A stretch of 64,000 bases of DNA from Candidatus Krumholzibacteriota bacterium (GTDB lineage: Bacteria; Krumholzibacteriota; Krumholzibacteriia; JAJRXK01). The notes under the pieces were generated by a model. That model saw nothing but the letters and a program-made list of their open reading frames with translations, ran no database searches and was not told the origin of the DNA. Of this stretch, positions 19,140 to 27,995 are shown piece by piece. Numbering within the stretch: position 1 is the first letter of the stretch; each line of letters begins with the position of its first letter. A program made the translations under genes and the position numbers. The DNA is taken from assembly GCA_963806035.1 (NCBI GenBank), contig CAWDWO010000038.1, forward strand, positions 11,414 to 75,413, given 5' to 3'.

Positions 19140-20282
19140 TCAGCGCTTCTTCCATCGCTGCGGAGGGGGCGCGATCCAGTCCTTGGTCTTCATGATCTCC
19201 GTCATGTAGGCCTTGTCCTCTGGCCGGGGTTGCGTGTCGAGCAGATGCTGCCGGTACTCAGCCTCGGTCAGACGGACGCCGTCCACGCTCCAGAACTCTC
19301 CCGCGTGATCGCCGATCCGCCGACAGTAGCGCTGATCGGGTAGCGTGAATTCCTGCCAGTCCTCGGGCTTCACCTTGTTGAGAGTGGCCACGACTTTCTG
19401 CACCTCGGCCAGGTACTTGGAGCGCGCGTTTTCGTTCAGATGCTCCTTGTCGAGGGCTTCCTCGTCGCGCGTCTTGCGCTCGTCGTAGCGCCCCTTGATG
19501 CCCCACACGTAGCCCCACTGCGCACTCGAACTGTGATCGGTTCCGAAGAGATCGTAGGCGGTGGAGAGCCACTTGTTCAAATAGCGCTGGATGATGTGCT
19601 GCGGGACCACTCCGGCCTCGACCACGCGCTTCAGGCCCGCGTTGCCCGTGCCCAGATGAAAGGCCTCTTCCTTCAGCATGGGACCCATGCTGCGCGCGAG
19701 GGGAGAGAAGGAGGAAGTGGAGAGCATGTTGAGCTGGAACTTGCCGTCACGGTCCACGAAATTGGTGTAGACGAAGAAATCCAGCCAGTTGTCGACGTCC
19801 TCGTTGAAGGAACCCAGGAGTCGTTCACGGTTCCAGGCTCTGCGCTCCAGCAGCTTGACCGCTTCGCGCTTTCCCTGCTCGCCAAAGTGCGACACCAGCA
19901 CGTGGCACATCTGCCAGCCGTGACGCATCTCCTCGGCGTTGATGCGCACCAGGCTGTAGAGGTCGTAGTCGCTGGGGGCGGTATCCACCAGGTTCTTCTG
20001 CTGCTCCACCGAGGCAAATTCGGTGTCTCCCTGATAGACGATCAGGGTGAGCAGGGCGTCGCGAATCCTCTGATCGGGAATCTCGATGACGCGCTCCCAG
20101 CGGGGACGGCCCGCGAAGTCTCCGTACTCGATCTCCGAGCCCGGCAGATCCCCGTATTTGGCGGAAAAATCGAACTCGTGGAGGTCCATCAAGGACTCGT
20201 CGTATCCGATGTCTTTGCGCCATTCGTGGAAGAGATCGGTCCATTCGTCGAAGGTGGAGACGGTCTTGGGGTGGAGAACCAT
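19140..20282 (-). CDS. Ferritin-like di-iron aryl-CoA epoxidase subunit (BoxB/PaaA-like)
   Basis: LIVYQGDTEFASVEQQ, two ExxH iron-ligand motifs (EEMRHGWQM and EEAFHLGTG) and FVDRDGKFQL. Confidence 0.82.
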   Translation of the reverse strand: MVLHPKTVSTFDEWTDLFHEWRKDIGYDESLMDLHEFDFSAKYGDLPGSEIEYGDFAGRPRWERVIEIPDQRIRDALLTLIVYQGDTEFASVEQQKNLVDTAPSDYDLYSLVRINAEEMRHGWQMCHVLVSHFGEQGKREAVKLLERRAWNRERLLGSFNEDVDNWLDFFVYTNFVDRDGKFQLNMLSTSSFSPLARSMGPMLKEEAFHLGTGNAGLKRVVEAGVVPQHIIQRYLNKWLSTAYDLFGTDHSSSAQWGYVWGIKGRYDERKTRDEEALDKEHLNENARSKYLAEVQKVVATLNKVKPEDWQEFTLPDQRYCRRIGDHAGEFWSVDGVRLTEAEYRQHLLDTQPRPEDKAYMTEIMKTKDWIAPPPQRWKKR

Positions 20283-20486
20283 GAGGGCGTCCTTTGGGCT
20301 GAGGAAGTCGGCAAGAAGGCAAAAACCGAACGCTTGTTCGAACTTTTCTCAGGATAGCGACAGCCGGGTCCAGCAGCAAGGGGAGGGGCATGCTGCGACT
20401 TGGAAAAGTCCCCCTTGGTTGTTAGGGTATGGCCCGTGGTGAGCGGAGATGGACCCCCACTGGGGCTCGTGCCCGGAGAGTGATCG

Positions 20487-21005
20487 ATGAGCCTGGCGTA
20501 CGTGGCCTTGGGGAGCAACCAGGGAGCGAGACGACACGAACTCGCGCGGGCCATTCAGGGCCTGCGCCAATTGCCCGAGACCCAGCTGCAGGGGGTCAGC
20601 CGCCTCTACGAGACCAGCTACCAGGGCGCCGGGACCCAGCGACCCTACCTCAACGCCTGCCTCGTTCTCGAGACCTCGCTCTCGCCGCAGAGCCTTCTGG
20701 AAGCCGGCCAGGCCATGGAGCGCCAGGCCGGACGCGAGAGCGACGGTCACATGAAGCCCAGGCCTCTGGACGTGGATCTCCTCCTGGTCGATGATCTGCG
20801 TCTCGAGGAGGAGCGCCTGCGTCTGCCTCATCCGCGCATGCACGAGCGGCGTTTCGTGTTGCAACCCTTGGCCGATCTCGATCCCGAATTGAAGCTCCCC
20901 GGACAGGATCTGCGCGTGCGGCAACTTCTTCAGGAGCCGCAGGTGCAGCGCCAAGAGCTGAAGGAGGCCGCGCGCGGCCGCTGGTGGGAGGAGAAGGAAG
21001 AGTGA
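20487..21005 (+). CDS. folK: 2-amino-4-hydroxy-6-hydroxymethyldihydropteridine diphosphokinase
   Basis: AYVALGSN, YLNAC, PRPLDVDLL and LPHPRMHERRFVLQPL. Confidence 0.95.
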   Translation: MSLAYVALGSNQGARRHELARAIQGLRQLPETQLQGVSRLYETSYQGAGTQRPYLNACLVLETSLSPQSLLEAGQAMERQAGRESDGHMKPRPLDVDLLLVDDLRLEEERLRLPHPRMHERRFVLQPLADLDPELKLPGQDLRVRQLLQEPQVQRQELKEAARGRWWEEKEE

Positions 21006-21658
21006 GTCCTGTGGATTCCCCCTGGCGCTACATCGTGGTCGAAGGGGTCATCGGAGCGGGCAAGACCAGTCTCTGCCGGCTCCTTTCGGAGAGCTTGGCA
21101 GCGCGCCTCACTCTGGAGGTCGTGGAAGAGAATCCCTTCCTGCCCAAGTTCTACCAGGACCGCGCCGCGTACGCCTTCGTGACCCAGAACTTCTTTCTTT
21201 TGAGCCGTTATCAGCAGCAGATGAAGCTCGTGCAAATGGATCTCTTCGACAATAGTCTTGTCGCGGACTATCTCTTTGCCAAGGATCGTATCTTTGCTAA
21301 CATCAACCTCAGCGACGACGAGTTGCGGCTTTACGAGCGTTTGGCGTCCATTTTGGAGGAGCGGGTCCGGCGCCCGGACCTGGTGGTCTACCTGCAGGCG
21401 AGCACCGAGGTCCTCATGACGCGGATCCGCTGGCGAGGCCGCAGCTATGAGCGCGACATGGACGTCGATTACATTCAGACGCTCAACGAGGCCTACAACT
21501 ACTTCTTCTTTCACTACGATGAGACGCCCCTGCTCATCGTGAACACCAACGAACTCGACTTCGTAAAGAACCGCGACCACTATGCGGATCTGCTGCACCG
21601 CATTCTCCAACCCTTTACCGGAACGCAGTATTACGTTCCCCCATGGAAAGAGGAATGA
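21002..21658 (+). CDS. Deoxynucleoside kinase
   Basis: IVVEGVIGAGKT, ENPFLPKFYQD, FLLSRYQQ, PDLVVYLQA and RGRSYE; GTGA coupling with folK. Confidence 0.92.
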   Translation: MSPVDSPWRYIVVEGVIGAGKTSLCRLLSESLAARLTLEVVEENPFLPKFYQDRAAYAFVTQNFFLLSRYQQQMKLVQMDLFDNSLVADYLFAKDRIFANINLSDDELRLYERLASILEERVRRPDLVVYLQASTEVLMTRIRWRGRSYERDMDVDYIQTLNEAYNYFFFHYDETPLLIVNTNELDFVKNRDHYADLLHRILQPFTGTQYYVPPWKEE

Positions 21659-22494
21659 TGGCCAAGACCACGCGTCTGGATCTCCTCCGTTCCAAGAAAG
21701 AGCACCGCAAGATCGCGGTCGTGACCGCGTACGACTATCCCACCGCCCGTCTGGTGGACATGGCGGAGGTGGACGCGATCCTGGTGGGGGATAGCCTGGG
21801 TAACGTCATCCAGGGCCACGACAGTACGCTGCCGGTGACTCTGGAGCACATGATCTACCACACGAGCTGTGTGAGCCGCGCCCGTCCGCGTGCAATGATC
21901 GTCGCCGATTTGCCCTTCGGCACCTTTCAACGCGGACCCCAAGTGACTCTGGACGCCTCCATTCGTTTGATGCAGGAAGCCAACGCGGAAGCGGTGAAGA
22001 TCGAAGGTGCCGGTCCGCGGCTCGCTTCCATCGAGACCGTGGCCAGCCAGGACATTCCCGTGTGGGCCCACCTCGGTCTCACTCCGCAGTCGGTGCACGG
22101 CTTCGGAGGGCATCGCGTCCAGGGGAAGGAGTCCCAATCCGCGCATCGAATTCTGGAGCAGGCGCGCCGTGTGGAATCCGCGGGAGCTTGCGCGCTCGTG
22201 CTCGAGTGCATTCCCCACGAACTGGCGGGCGAGATCACCCGGACCCTGGCCATTCCGACCATCGGCATCGGCGCGGGCCCGGAATGTGACGGCCAAGTCC
22301 TGGTCTTCCACGACTTGCTGGGCTTCGACAAGAGCTTCGTGCCGCGCTTCGTGAGACAGTATGCACAGATGGAAGATCTGATCCCCGAAGCCCTTCGCAG
22401 CTTCGTGAACGACGTTCGCGAGGGGAGTTTTCCCACCCTCGAAGAGAGCTATGCCTCCGCCAAGGAGCTCGCGAAAAAAGCCAGGAGGCGTTGA
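21655..22494 (+). CDS. panB: 3-methyl-2-oxobutanoate hydroxymethyltransferase
   Basis: TAYDY, ILVGDSLG, HLGLTPQS and IGIGAGPECDGQVLV. Confidence 0.97.
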   Translation: MMAKTTRLDLLRSKKEHRKIAVVTAYDYPTARLVDMAEVDAILVGDSLGNVIQGHDSTLPVTLEHMIYHTSCVSRARPRAMIVADLPFGTFQRGPQVTLDASIRLMQEANAEAVKIEGAGPRLASIETVASQDIPVWAHLGLTPQSVHGFGGHRVQGKESQSAHRILEQARRVESAGACALVLECIPHELAGEITRTLAIPTIGIGAGPECDGQVLVFHDLLGFDKSFVPRFVRQYAQMEDLIPEALRSFVNDVREGSFPTLEESYASAKELAKKARRR

Positions 22495-23441
22495 CCTTGC
22501 CTGCCCCGAGGCTCATTCGATCTGAAGCGCAGATCGAAGAGGCCCTCGCGCCCCTGCGCCAGGGCCAAAGTCCGCTCGTTTTCGTTCCCACCATGGGTGA
22601 TCTCCACGAGGGCCATCTGACTCTGGTGCGCACGGGCGCCAAACTGGGTCGAGTTCTGGTGAGCATCTTCGTGAACCCCACCCAGTTCGGACCCCGAGAG
22701 GACTTCGCGAGCTATCCGCGCGATTTGCAGAGAGATCTGGATCTGCTGAAGCAACTCGATGGTGTGGCCGCGGTCTACGCCCCTGAGGTGGAGGAGATCT
22801 ATCCGCGGGGAGACTCGACTTTCGTCGAGGTGACGGGACTGGGAGAAATTCTGGAGGGCGAATACCGACCGGGTCATCTCCGTGGAGTCACCACCGTGCT
22901 CGCCAAGCTCTTTTTGACGCTGCGGCCGCAGATTGCCGTCTTCGGTCAGAAGGATGCTCAGCAGTGCCTCGTGGTGAAGAGGATGGTCAAAGATCTGCGC
23001 ATTCCCCTGCGTCTGCTCTTCGGGCCCACGGTGCGCGAGAGTGACGGACTCGCATTGAGCTCACGCAATCGCTACCTGAAGGGCGAGGAGAGGGTCCAGG
23101 CCCTCGCCCTGCACCGGGCCTTGCGTTTGGGCGAGCGCCTCTTGCGGGAAGGCGAGCGAAAGGCGTCGGCCGTCGAGTCCGCCATGACCGCGGCGCTGGA
23201 AGCGGAGCGGGTGCGCGTGGATTACGCGGCCCTGCGAGTGCTGCCGGAACTCGAGACTGTCCCGCGGGCGGAAGGACATCTTCTGCTCGCGTTGGCGGCT
23301 CATGTGGGAAGAGCGCGGCTCATCGACAACCTCTGCCTCCGGGTGAGCGAGCGAGGCGTGGAGGAGTCGCCGCTGGATGAAGAATGCACTCTCGAGGCGC
23401 TGCAAAAGGACTTTGAAGCGCGAAGGAGCGATGGCCGATGA
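22491..23441 (+). CDS. panC: Pantoate--beta-alanine ligase
   Basis: VPTMGDLHEGH, SIFVNPTQF, FGQKDAQQ, DGLALSSRNRYL and RLIDN. Confidence 0.97.
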   Translation: MTLPAPRLIRSEAQIEEALAPLRQGQSPLVFVPTMGDLHEGHLTLVRTGAKLGRVLVSIFVNPTQFGPREDFASYPRDLQRDLDLLKQLDGVAAVYAPEVEEIYPRGDSTFVEVTGLGEILEGEYRPGHLRGVTTVLAKLFLTLRPQIAVFGQKDAQQCLVVKRMVKDLRIPLRLLFGPTVRESDGLALSSRNRYLKGEERVQALALHRALRLGERLLREGERKASAVESAMTAALEAERVRVDYAALRVLPELETVPRAEGHLLLALAAHVGRARLIDNLCLRVSERGVEESPLDEECTLEALQKDFEARRSDGR

Positions 23442-24181
23442 ATGCGACCTTCGCGGTGGTTTTGGCCGCGGGCAAGGGAACCCGCATGAAGAGCGACAAG
23501 GCGAAGGTCCTGCACGAGCTCGCAGACAGGCCGATGCTGAGCCACGTCTTGAGCGCGCTGGAGGAGCTCGGGGTGGAGGAGACGGTCGTGGTGGTGGGAC
23601 ACCAGGCCGATGCGGTCTCCGAGATCTGTCGAGAACATGCGGTGCAAACGGTGCTACAGTCCGAGCAGTTGGGAACGGGGCACGCGGTGGAGCAGGCTCG
23701 GCCTGTGCTGGAGGGCAGAGAGGGGCTGACCCTCATCCTCAGCGGTGACGTGCCTCTGCTCCGCGCGAGAACTCTGAGAGGCCTCGAGGAGGCCGTACGG
23801 AAAGATGGCGCGGCAGCCTGTGTTCTCACCGCCATCACCGAAGATGCGAGCGGATACGGACGCATTCTCCGCGGGGCGAAGGGGGAGATTCTCGGCATCG
23901 TGGAAGAGAAGGATGCGAGTGAAGAGCAACGTCGCATCACCGAATACAATACAGGTACCTACTGTTTCAAGAACGCGCTCCTGTGGCCGCTCATCCGGCA
24001 ACTGGACACTGACAACGCGCAGGGCGAATTCTACCTCACCGACCTCATCGCGCTGCTGGTACGAAGCGGCGAGCGAGTTCAAGGTGTCGTCTGCGAGGAC
24101 GAACGTGAGGTGCAGGGAGTCAATACACTCGAGGACTTGGCTCGAGCGCGGAGCGACTGGGAGGAAATTCACCGTGGATAG
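23438..24181 (+). CDS. Sugar-phosphate nucleotidyltransferase; GlmU N-terminal (uridyltransferase) domain only
   Basis: VLAAGKGTRMKS, QLGTGHAV, GYGRILR, NAQGEFYLTD and GVNT. The gene ends before any hexapeptide-repeat domain. Confidence 0.9.
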   Translation: MNATFAVVLAAGKGTRMKSDKAKVLHELADRPMLSHVLSALEELGVEETVVVVGHQADAVSEICREHAVQTVLQSEQLGTGHAVEQARPVLEGREGLTLILSGDVPLLRARTLRGLEEAVRKDGAAACVLTAITEDASGYGRILRGAKGEILGIVEEKDASEEQRRITEYNTGTYCFKNALLWPLIRQLDTDNAQGEFYLTDLIALLVRSGERVQGVVCEDEREVQGVNTLEDLARARSDWEEIHRG

Positions 24182-24662
24182 ATTATTCACCCCTTGGCGC
24201 AGGTCCTATGTCACCTCCCTCAACGAGCCCTCCACCTGTGTCCTCTGCGAAGTTGCGCGGGCCGACGACCAAGAGTCGCGAATCCTCTTGAGAGAAAGCG
24301 GCTGGTACGTCGTATTGAACAAGTATCCTTACACCACGGGCCACATGATGCTGGTGGTGCAACGACACGTCGGTAGCCTGGAGGAACTCGACGAGGGCGA
24401 GACGGAGAGTCAAGCGCGGCTCCTTGCCCTGTGTGAGCACGCGCTGCGCGAGGCCTACCATCCCCATGGTCTGAACGTGGGTCTCAATCTGGGACGCGCG
24501 GCCGGCGCCGGAGTCAAGGGCCACCTGCACTGGCACGTCCTGCCCCGCTGGGAAGGCGACGCCAACTTCGTCTCGGTGGTGGGCGATACGCGCGTTCTGC
24601 CCGAGACCCTTCAGGAGAGTTACGAGCGGCTCTTGCCCTGCTTTCGCCGGGGGGAATCGTGA
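24174..24662 (+). CDS. HIT family hydrolase (Ap4A phosphorylase-like)
   Basis: LFTPWRRSY, CVLC, NKYPYTTGH and HLHWHVLPRW. Confidence 0.9.
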   Translation: MDRLFTPWRRSYVTSLNEPSTCVLCEVARADDQESRILLRESGWYVVLNKYPYTTGHMMLVVQRHVGSLEELDEGETESQARLLALCEHALREAYHPHGLNVGLNLGRAAGAGVKGHLHWHVLPRWEGDANFVSVVGDTRVLPETLQESYERLLPCFRRGES

Positions 24663-25054
24663 GTCGCACCTCGCTGATCCTCGGCGGGCTGCTGCTGCTC
24701 TGTCTGGCCTCGGCCGCCATCGCTCGTTTCAGGCACCACGAGGAGCCACCGTTGGCGCGGCTCACCATCGAGGTGCTGAACGGATGTGGGGAGGAGGGTG
24801 CGGCGGCCGCCACCGCGCAGAAGCTGCGGGGCCTGGGACAGGATGTGGTCAAAGTGGCTGATGCCGAGCGTAAAGACTACGATCACTGCGTCTTGGTGGA
24901 CCGCCGGGGCCGCGCCTGGCTGGCCCGTAGGCTGGCCCGGCGCCTGGGGGGAATGCTGGTGGTCCTGGAGCGCAGTGCCGGAGCGGACGCGGACCTGACC
25001 CTCATCGTGGGAAGGGACTACGCGAAGATCCCCGGATCCAAGACGGGACTCTGA
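24659..25054 (+). CDS. LytR C-terminal domain-containing protein
   Basis: N-terminal TM/signal segment, IEVLNGCG..GAA and DLTLIVGRDY. Confidence 0.8.
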   Translation: MSRTSLILGGLLLLCLASAAIARFRHHEEPPLARLTIEVLNGCGEEGAAAATAQKLRGLGQDVVKVADAERKDYDHCVLVDRRGRAWLARRLARRLGGMLVVLERSAGADADLTLIVGRDYAKIPGSKTGL

Positions 25055-25122
25055 GAGGGCCTCTTTGTTCCTTGGAAGGCTCGTGCTATGGTGCAGCCCG
25101 GTGACCCGAGCGGGAAAGGCAG

Positions 25123-25398
25123 GTGGGCAAACTGGCTAAGCGGCGACTGGGAACGGTAACTTTGATTTTCTTCCTGGGAATCCTCGTGGGAAGTGTCATC
25201 AGCCAGGCCGTGGGGTTGTTCCTCCCCGAGGGCTCGACTGCACACCAGCTTTTCGTCCAATATCTTTCATTTGGTTTCGGGCCAGCGCCTCTCAATCTCA
25301 TTATCTTTGACGTGACGTTGGGATTTCACATCCACGTGAATCTGTTGAGCGTCATCGGGATCTTCCTGGTGGCGCAGGTTCTCCGCTGGTATCGCTAG
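25123..25398 (+). CDS. Small membrane protein (DUF4321-like)
   Basis: Two hydrophobic stretches with an LNLIIFDVTLGFHIHVNLLSVIG pattern. Confidence 0.65.
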   Translation: MGKLAKRRLGTVTLIFFLGILVGSVISQAVGLFLPEGSTAHQLFVQYLSFGFGPAPLNLIIFDVTLGFHIHVNLLSVIGIFLVAQVLRWYR

Positions 25399-25416
25399 CG
25401 GAGTTTGGGAGGGATC

Positions 25417-25644
25417 ATGGTCGATCTGAATCTGCCGCTCGCTCTCATTCCCAGTTTCGGCTGGCAAGAGGGTCTGGTCATCCTTGCCGTGGTTCTCTTG
25501 GTCTTCGGGCCGTCAAAACTGCCAGAGGTCGCGGAGGCCATGGGGAAGTCCATTCGGAAGTTCAAGAACGCCACGCGTGACGTCGAGGACTCGATCAAGG
25601 ATGAGGTCAACCGCATCGACGAGGGAGATAAGAAGAAGGAGTAG
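25417..25644 (+). CDS. tatA: Twin-arginine translocase TatA/E subunit
   Basis: GWQEGLVILAVVLLVFGPSKLPEVAEAMGKSIRKFK. Confidence 0.92.
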   Translation: MVDLNLPLALIPSFGWQEGLVILAVVLLVFGPSKLPEVAEAMGKSIRKFKNATRDVEDSIKDEVNRIDEGDKKKE

Positions 25645-25680
25645 GAAAGCTTTTCCGCCTCACCGGCCTTCGCCAGAGCC

Positions 25681-27990
25681 TTGGGAGCAGCCTTGAATCT
25701 GCATCAGCTCCTTGCGCGCTTGCAGAGCGACGCAGAATTTAACCGAAACGTAACCCTCTGGCACACGCTGCCCGCCGAGACGGCTCGGTACGTCCCGTTC
25801 CCTGAAGACCTGGACCCGCGACTCCGCGACGCCCTCAGGCAGCAGGGGATCGAGGCGCTATACACGCATCAGGGCGAAGCCTACGAGAAGGTCAGGGGTG
25901 GTCGCCACACCGTGGTAGTGACTCCGACCGCCAGCGGGAAGACCCTCTGTTACAACCTGCCGGTGCTTCAGGCCTGCTTGGAGAACGAGGAGGCGCGGGC
26001 GCTCTACCTCTTTCCCACCAAGGCTCTCAGCCAGGACCAGATGCAGGGTCTCCACGGGCTCATCGAAGCGATGGGCGTGGACATCAAGACCTACACTTTC
26101 GACGGTGATACTCCGGCGACCGCGCGGCGCACCATCCGCAGCAGCGGGCACATCGTCGTCACGAATCCCGACATGCTGCACCAGGGAATCCTTCCGCATC
26201 ACACGGCCTGGATCAAACTCTTCGAGAACTTGCGCTACGTGGTGATCGACGAGGTTCACCAGTACCGGGGCGTCTTCGGCAGCCACCTCGCCAACCTCAT
26301 CAGAAGGTTGCGACGGATCTGCCGCTTCTACGGCAGCAACCCGGTCTTCCTGTGTTCCAGCGCCACGGTGGCCAACCCCGTGGAGCACGCGGGGCATCTC
26401 TTGTCCGAGCCCGTGGAGCTCGTGGATGACAACGGTGCTCCGCGCGGCGAGAAACACCTCGTGTTCTACAACCCTCCGGTGGTGAACGCCGAGCTGGGGA
26501 TTCGCCGCAGTGTGATCAAGGAGGCGGCCCGGCTCTCCGAGCCCTTCCTCTCGACCGGAGTGCAGGTCATTCTCTTCGGCCGCAGCCGTCTGCGGGTCGA
26601 ATTGCTGCTCACCTATCTCAAGCGCAGCCTGAGCAAGCTGCACAAGTCACCGGCTCTCGCGCGAGGCTACCGAGGTGGATATCTCCCCAGCGAACGCCGC
26701 GCGATCGAGCGCGGTTTACGCGAAGGGAAAATTCTGGCGGTGGCGTCGACGAACGCCCTGGAGCTCGGGATCGACATCGGTCAGCTCGATGTCTGCATCA
26801 TGGCCGGCTATGCGGGAACCGTGACCTCCACCTGGCAGCAGGCCGGCCGGGCGGGACGCAGGAAAGGGGTGAGCGTTGCCATCGTCGTGGCCTCCAGCAA
26901 TCCCCTGGATCAGTACATCATTTCGCATCCGGATTTCTTTCTGGAGTCCAATCCAGAGACCGCCATCGTCGATCCGGACAATCTCGCGATTCTGCTCAGC
27001 CATCTGAAGTGCGCGGCCTTCGAACTTCCTTTCACTCGCGAAGAGCGCTTCGGCGGGCTCTCGGCCACTTCGGAGATGCTGGCCTATCTGGAGGAAAAGG
27101 GCGTCCTGAATTCGAGCGGGGATCAGTGGCACTGGATCGCGGATACCTATCCGGCGGAGGACGTGAGTTTGCGCAGCGCCGCCATAGAAAACGTGGTGAT
27201 CGTGGACACCACCAAAAACCGCCGGGTCATCGGGGAGACCGATCTTTTCAGCGCACAGCTTCTGCTCCACGACGACGCCATCTACATGCACGAGGGTCGG
27301 CAGCATCACGTCGATCACCTGGATTGGGAACGCAAGGAAGCCTATGTGCGCCAGGTCGAGGTCGACTACTACACCGACGCCCAGCTCAAGACGGAACTTC
27401 ACGCTTTGGATCTATTGGAGAGTGAAGAGCTCGAATCCGGGATGAAGGCGCACGGAGAAATCGGCTTGATCACCAAGGCCACCATGTTCAAGAAGATCAA
27501 GCTGGGTACCCACGAGAACGTGGGAGCGGGGAAGATCCAGTTGCCCGAATTGGAACACCACACCACGAGCTACTGGTGGCGCCTCGACGACAGCTTGACC
27601 CATACGATGCGCGAGAGGAATCTCGATCTGGGTGAAGGACTCAAGGGATTGGCCCATCTTCTGGGCCAGGTGGCGCCCCTGTACATCATGGCGGATCCGG
27701 CGGACGTGCGCGCGGTGCCCATGTTGAAATCCCCTTTCACCCAGAGCCCCACTCTCTTCATCTACGACGTCTATCCGGGCGGGGTGGGTTTCGCGCGCAA
27801 ACTGTACTCCCTTCACGATTTGCTTCTCGAAGCCGCGGCGGCACGACTCTTCGAATGCCCCTGTCAGGATGGTTGCCCCTCGTGTGTTGGATCCAGCCTG
27901 GAAACCGGCGGGCGAGCCAAGGCATCGGCGCTCTTTCTCTTGAACGAGGGTGGCGTGAAGAATTCGCGCCGCGCGGCGGGCAGTGCCTGA
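25681..27990 (+). CDS. SF2 DEAD/DEAH helicase with C-terminal DUF1998 Cys cluster (MrfA/Hrq1/SftH-like)
   Basis: TPTASGKT, DEVH, TNALELGIDIG, QQAGRAGRR and C-terminal CPCQDGCPSC. Confidence 0.92.
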   Translation: MGAALNLHQLLARLQSDAEFNRNVTLWHTLPAETARYVPFPEDLDPRLRDALRQQGIEALYTHQGEAYEKVRGGRHTVVVTPTASGKTLCYNLPVLQACLENEEARALYLFPTKALSQDQMQGLHGLIEAMGVDIKTYTFDGDTPATARRTIRSSGHIVVTNPDMLHQGILPHHTAWIKLFENLRYVVIDEVHQYRGVFGSHLANLIRRLRRICRFYGSNPVFLCSSATVANPVEHAGHLLSEPVELVDDNGAPRGEKHLVFYNPPVVNAELGIRRSVIKEAARLSEPFLSTGVQVILFGRSRLRVELLLTYLKRSLSKLHKSPALARGYRGGYLPSERRAIERGLREGKILAVASTNALELGIDIGQLDVCIMAGYAGTVTSTWQQAGRAGRRKGVSVAIVVASSNPLDQYIISHPDFFLESNPETAIVDPDNLAILLSHLKCAAFELPFTREERFGGLSATSEMLAYLEEKGVLNSSGDQWHWIADTYPAEDVSLRSAAIENVVIVDTTKNRRVIGETDLFSAQLLLHDDAIYMHEGRQHHVDHLDWERKEAYVRQVEVDYYTDAQLKTELHALDLLESEELESGMKAHGEIGLITKATMFKKIKLGTHENVGAGKIQLPELEHHTTSYWWRLDDSLTHTMRERNLDLGEGLKGLAHLLGQVAPLYIMADPADVRAVPMLKSPFTQSPTLFIYDVYPGGVGFARKLYSLHDLLLEAAAARLFECPCQDGCPSCVGSSLETGGRAKASALFLLNEGGVKNSRRAAGSA

Positions 27991-27995
27991 GAGCG

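Noticed and set aside
20487..25644. folK-dNK-panB-panC-glmU-HIT-LytR-tatA run as a novel pathway
   Set aside because: A common housekeeping gene order with nothing unexplained apart from the short GlmU.
25681..27990. DUF1998 helicase as part of a DISARM or Druantia defence system
   Set aside because: No methylase or other defence genes are adjacent; the housekeeping context and exonuclease partner fit MrfAB.
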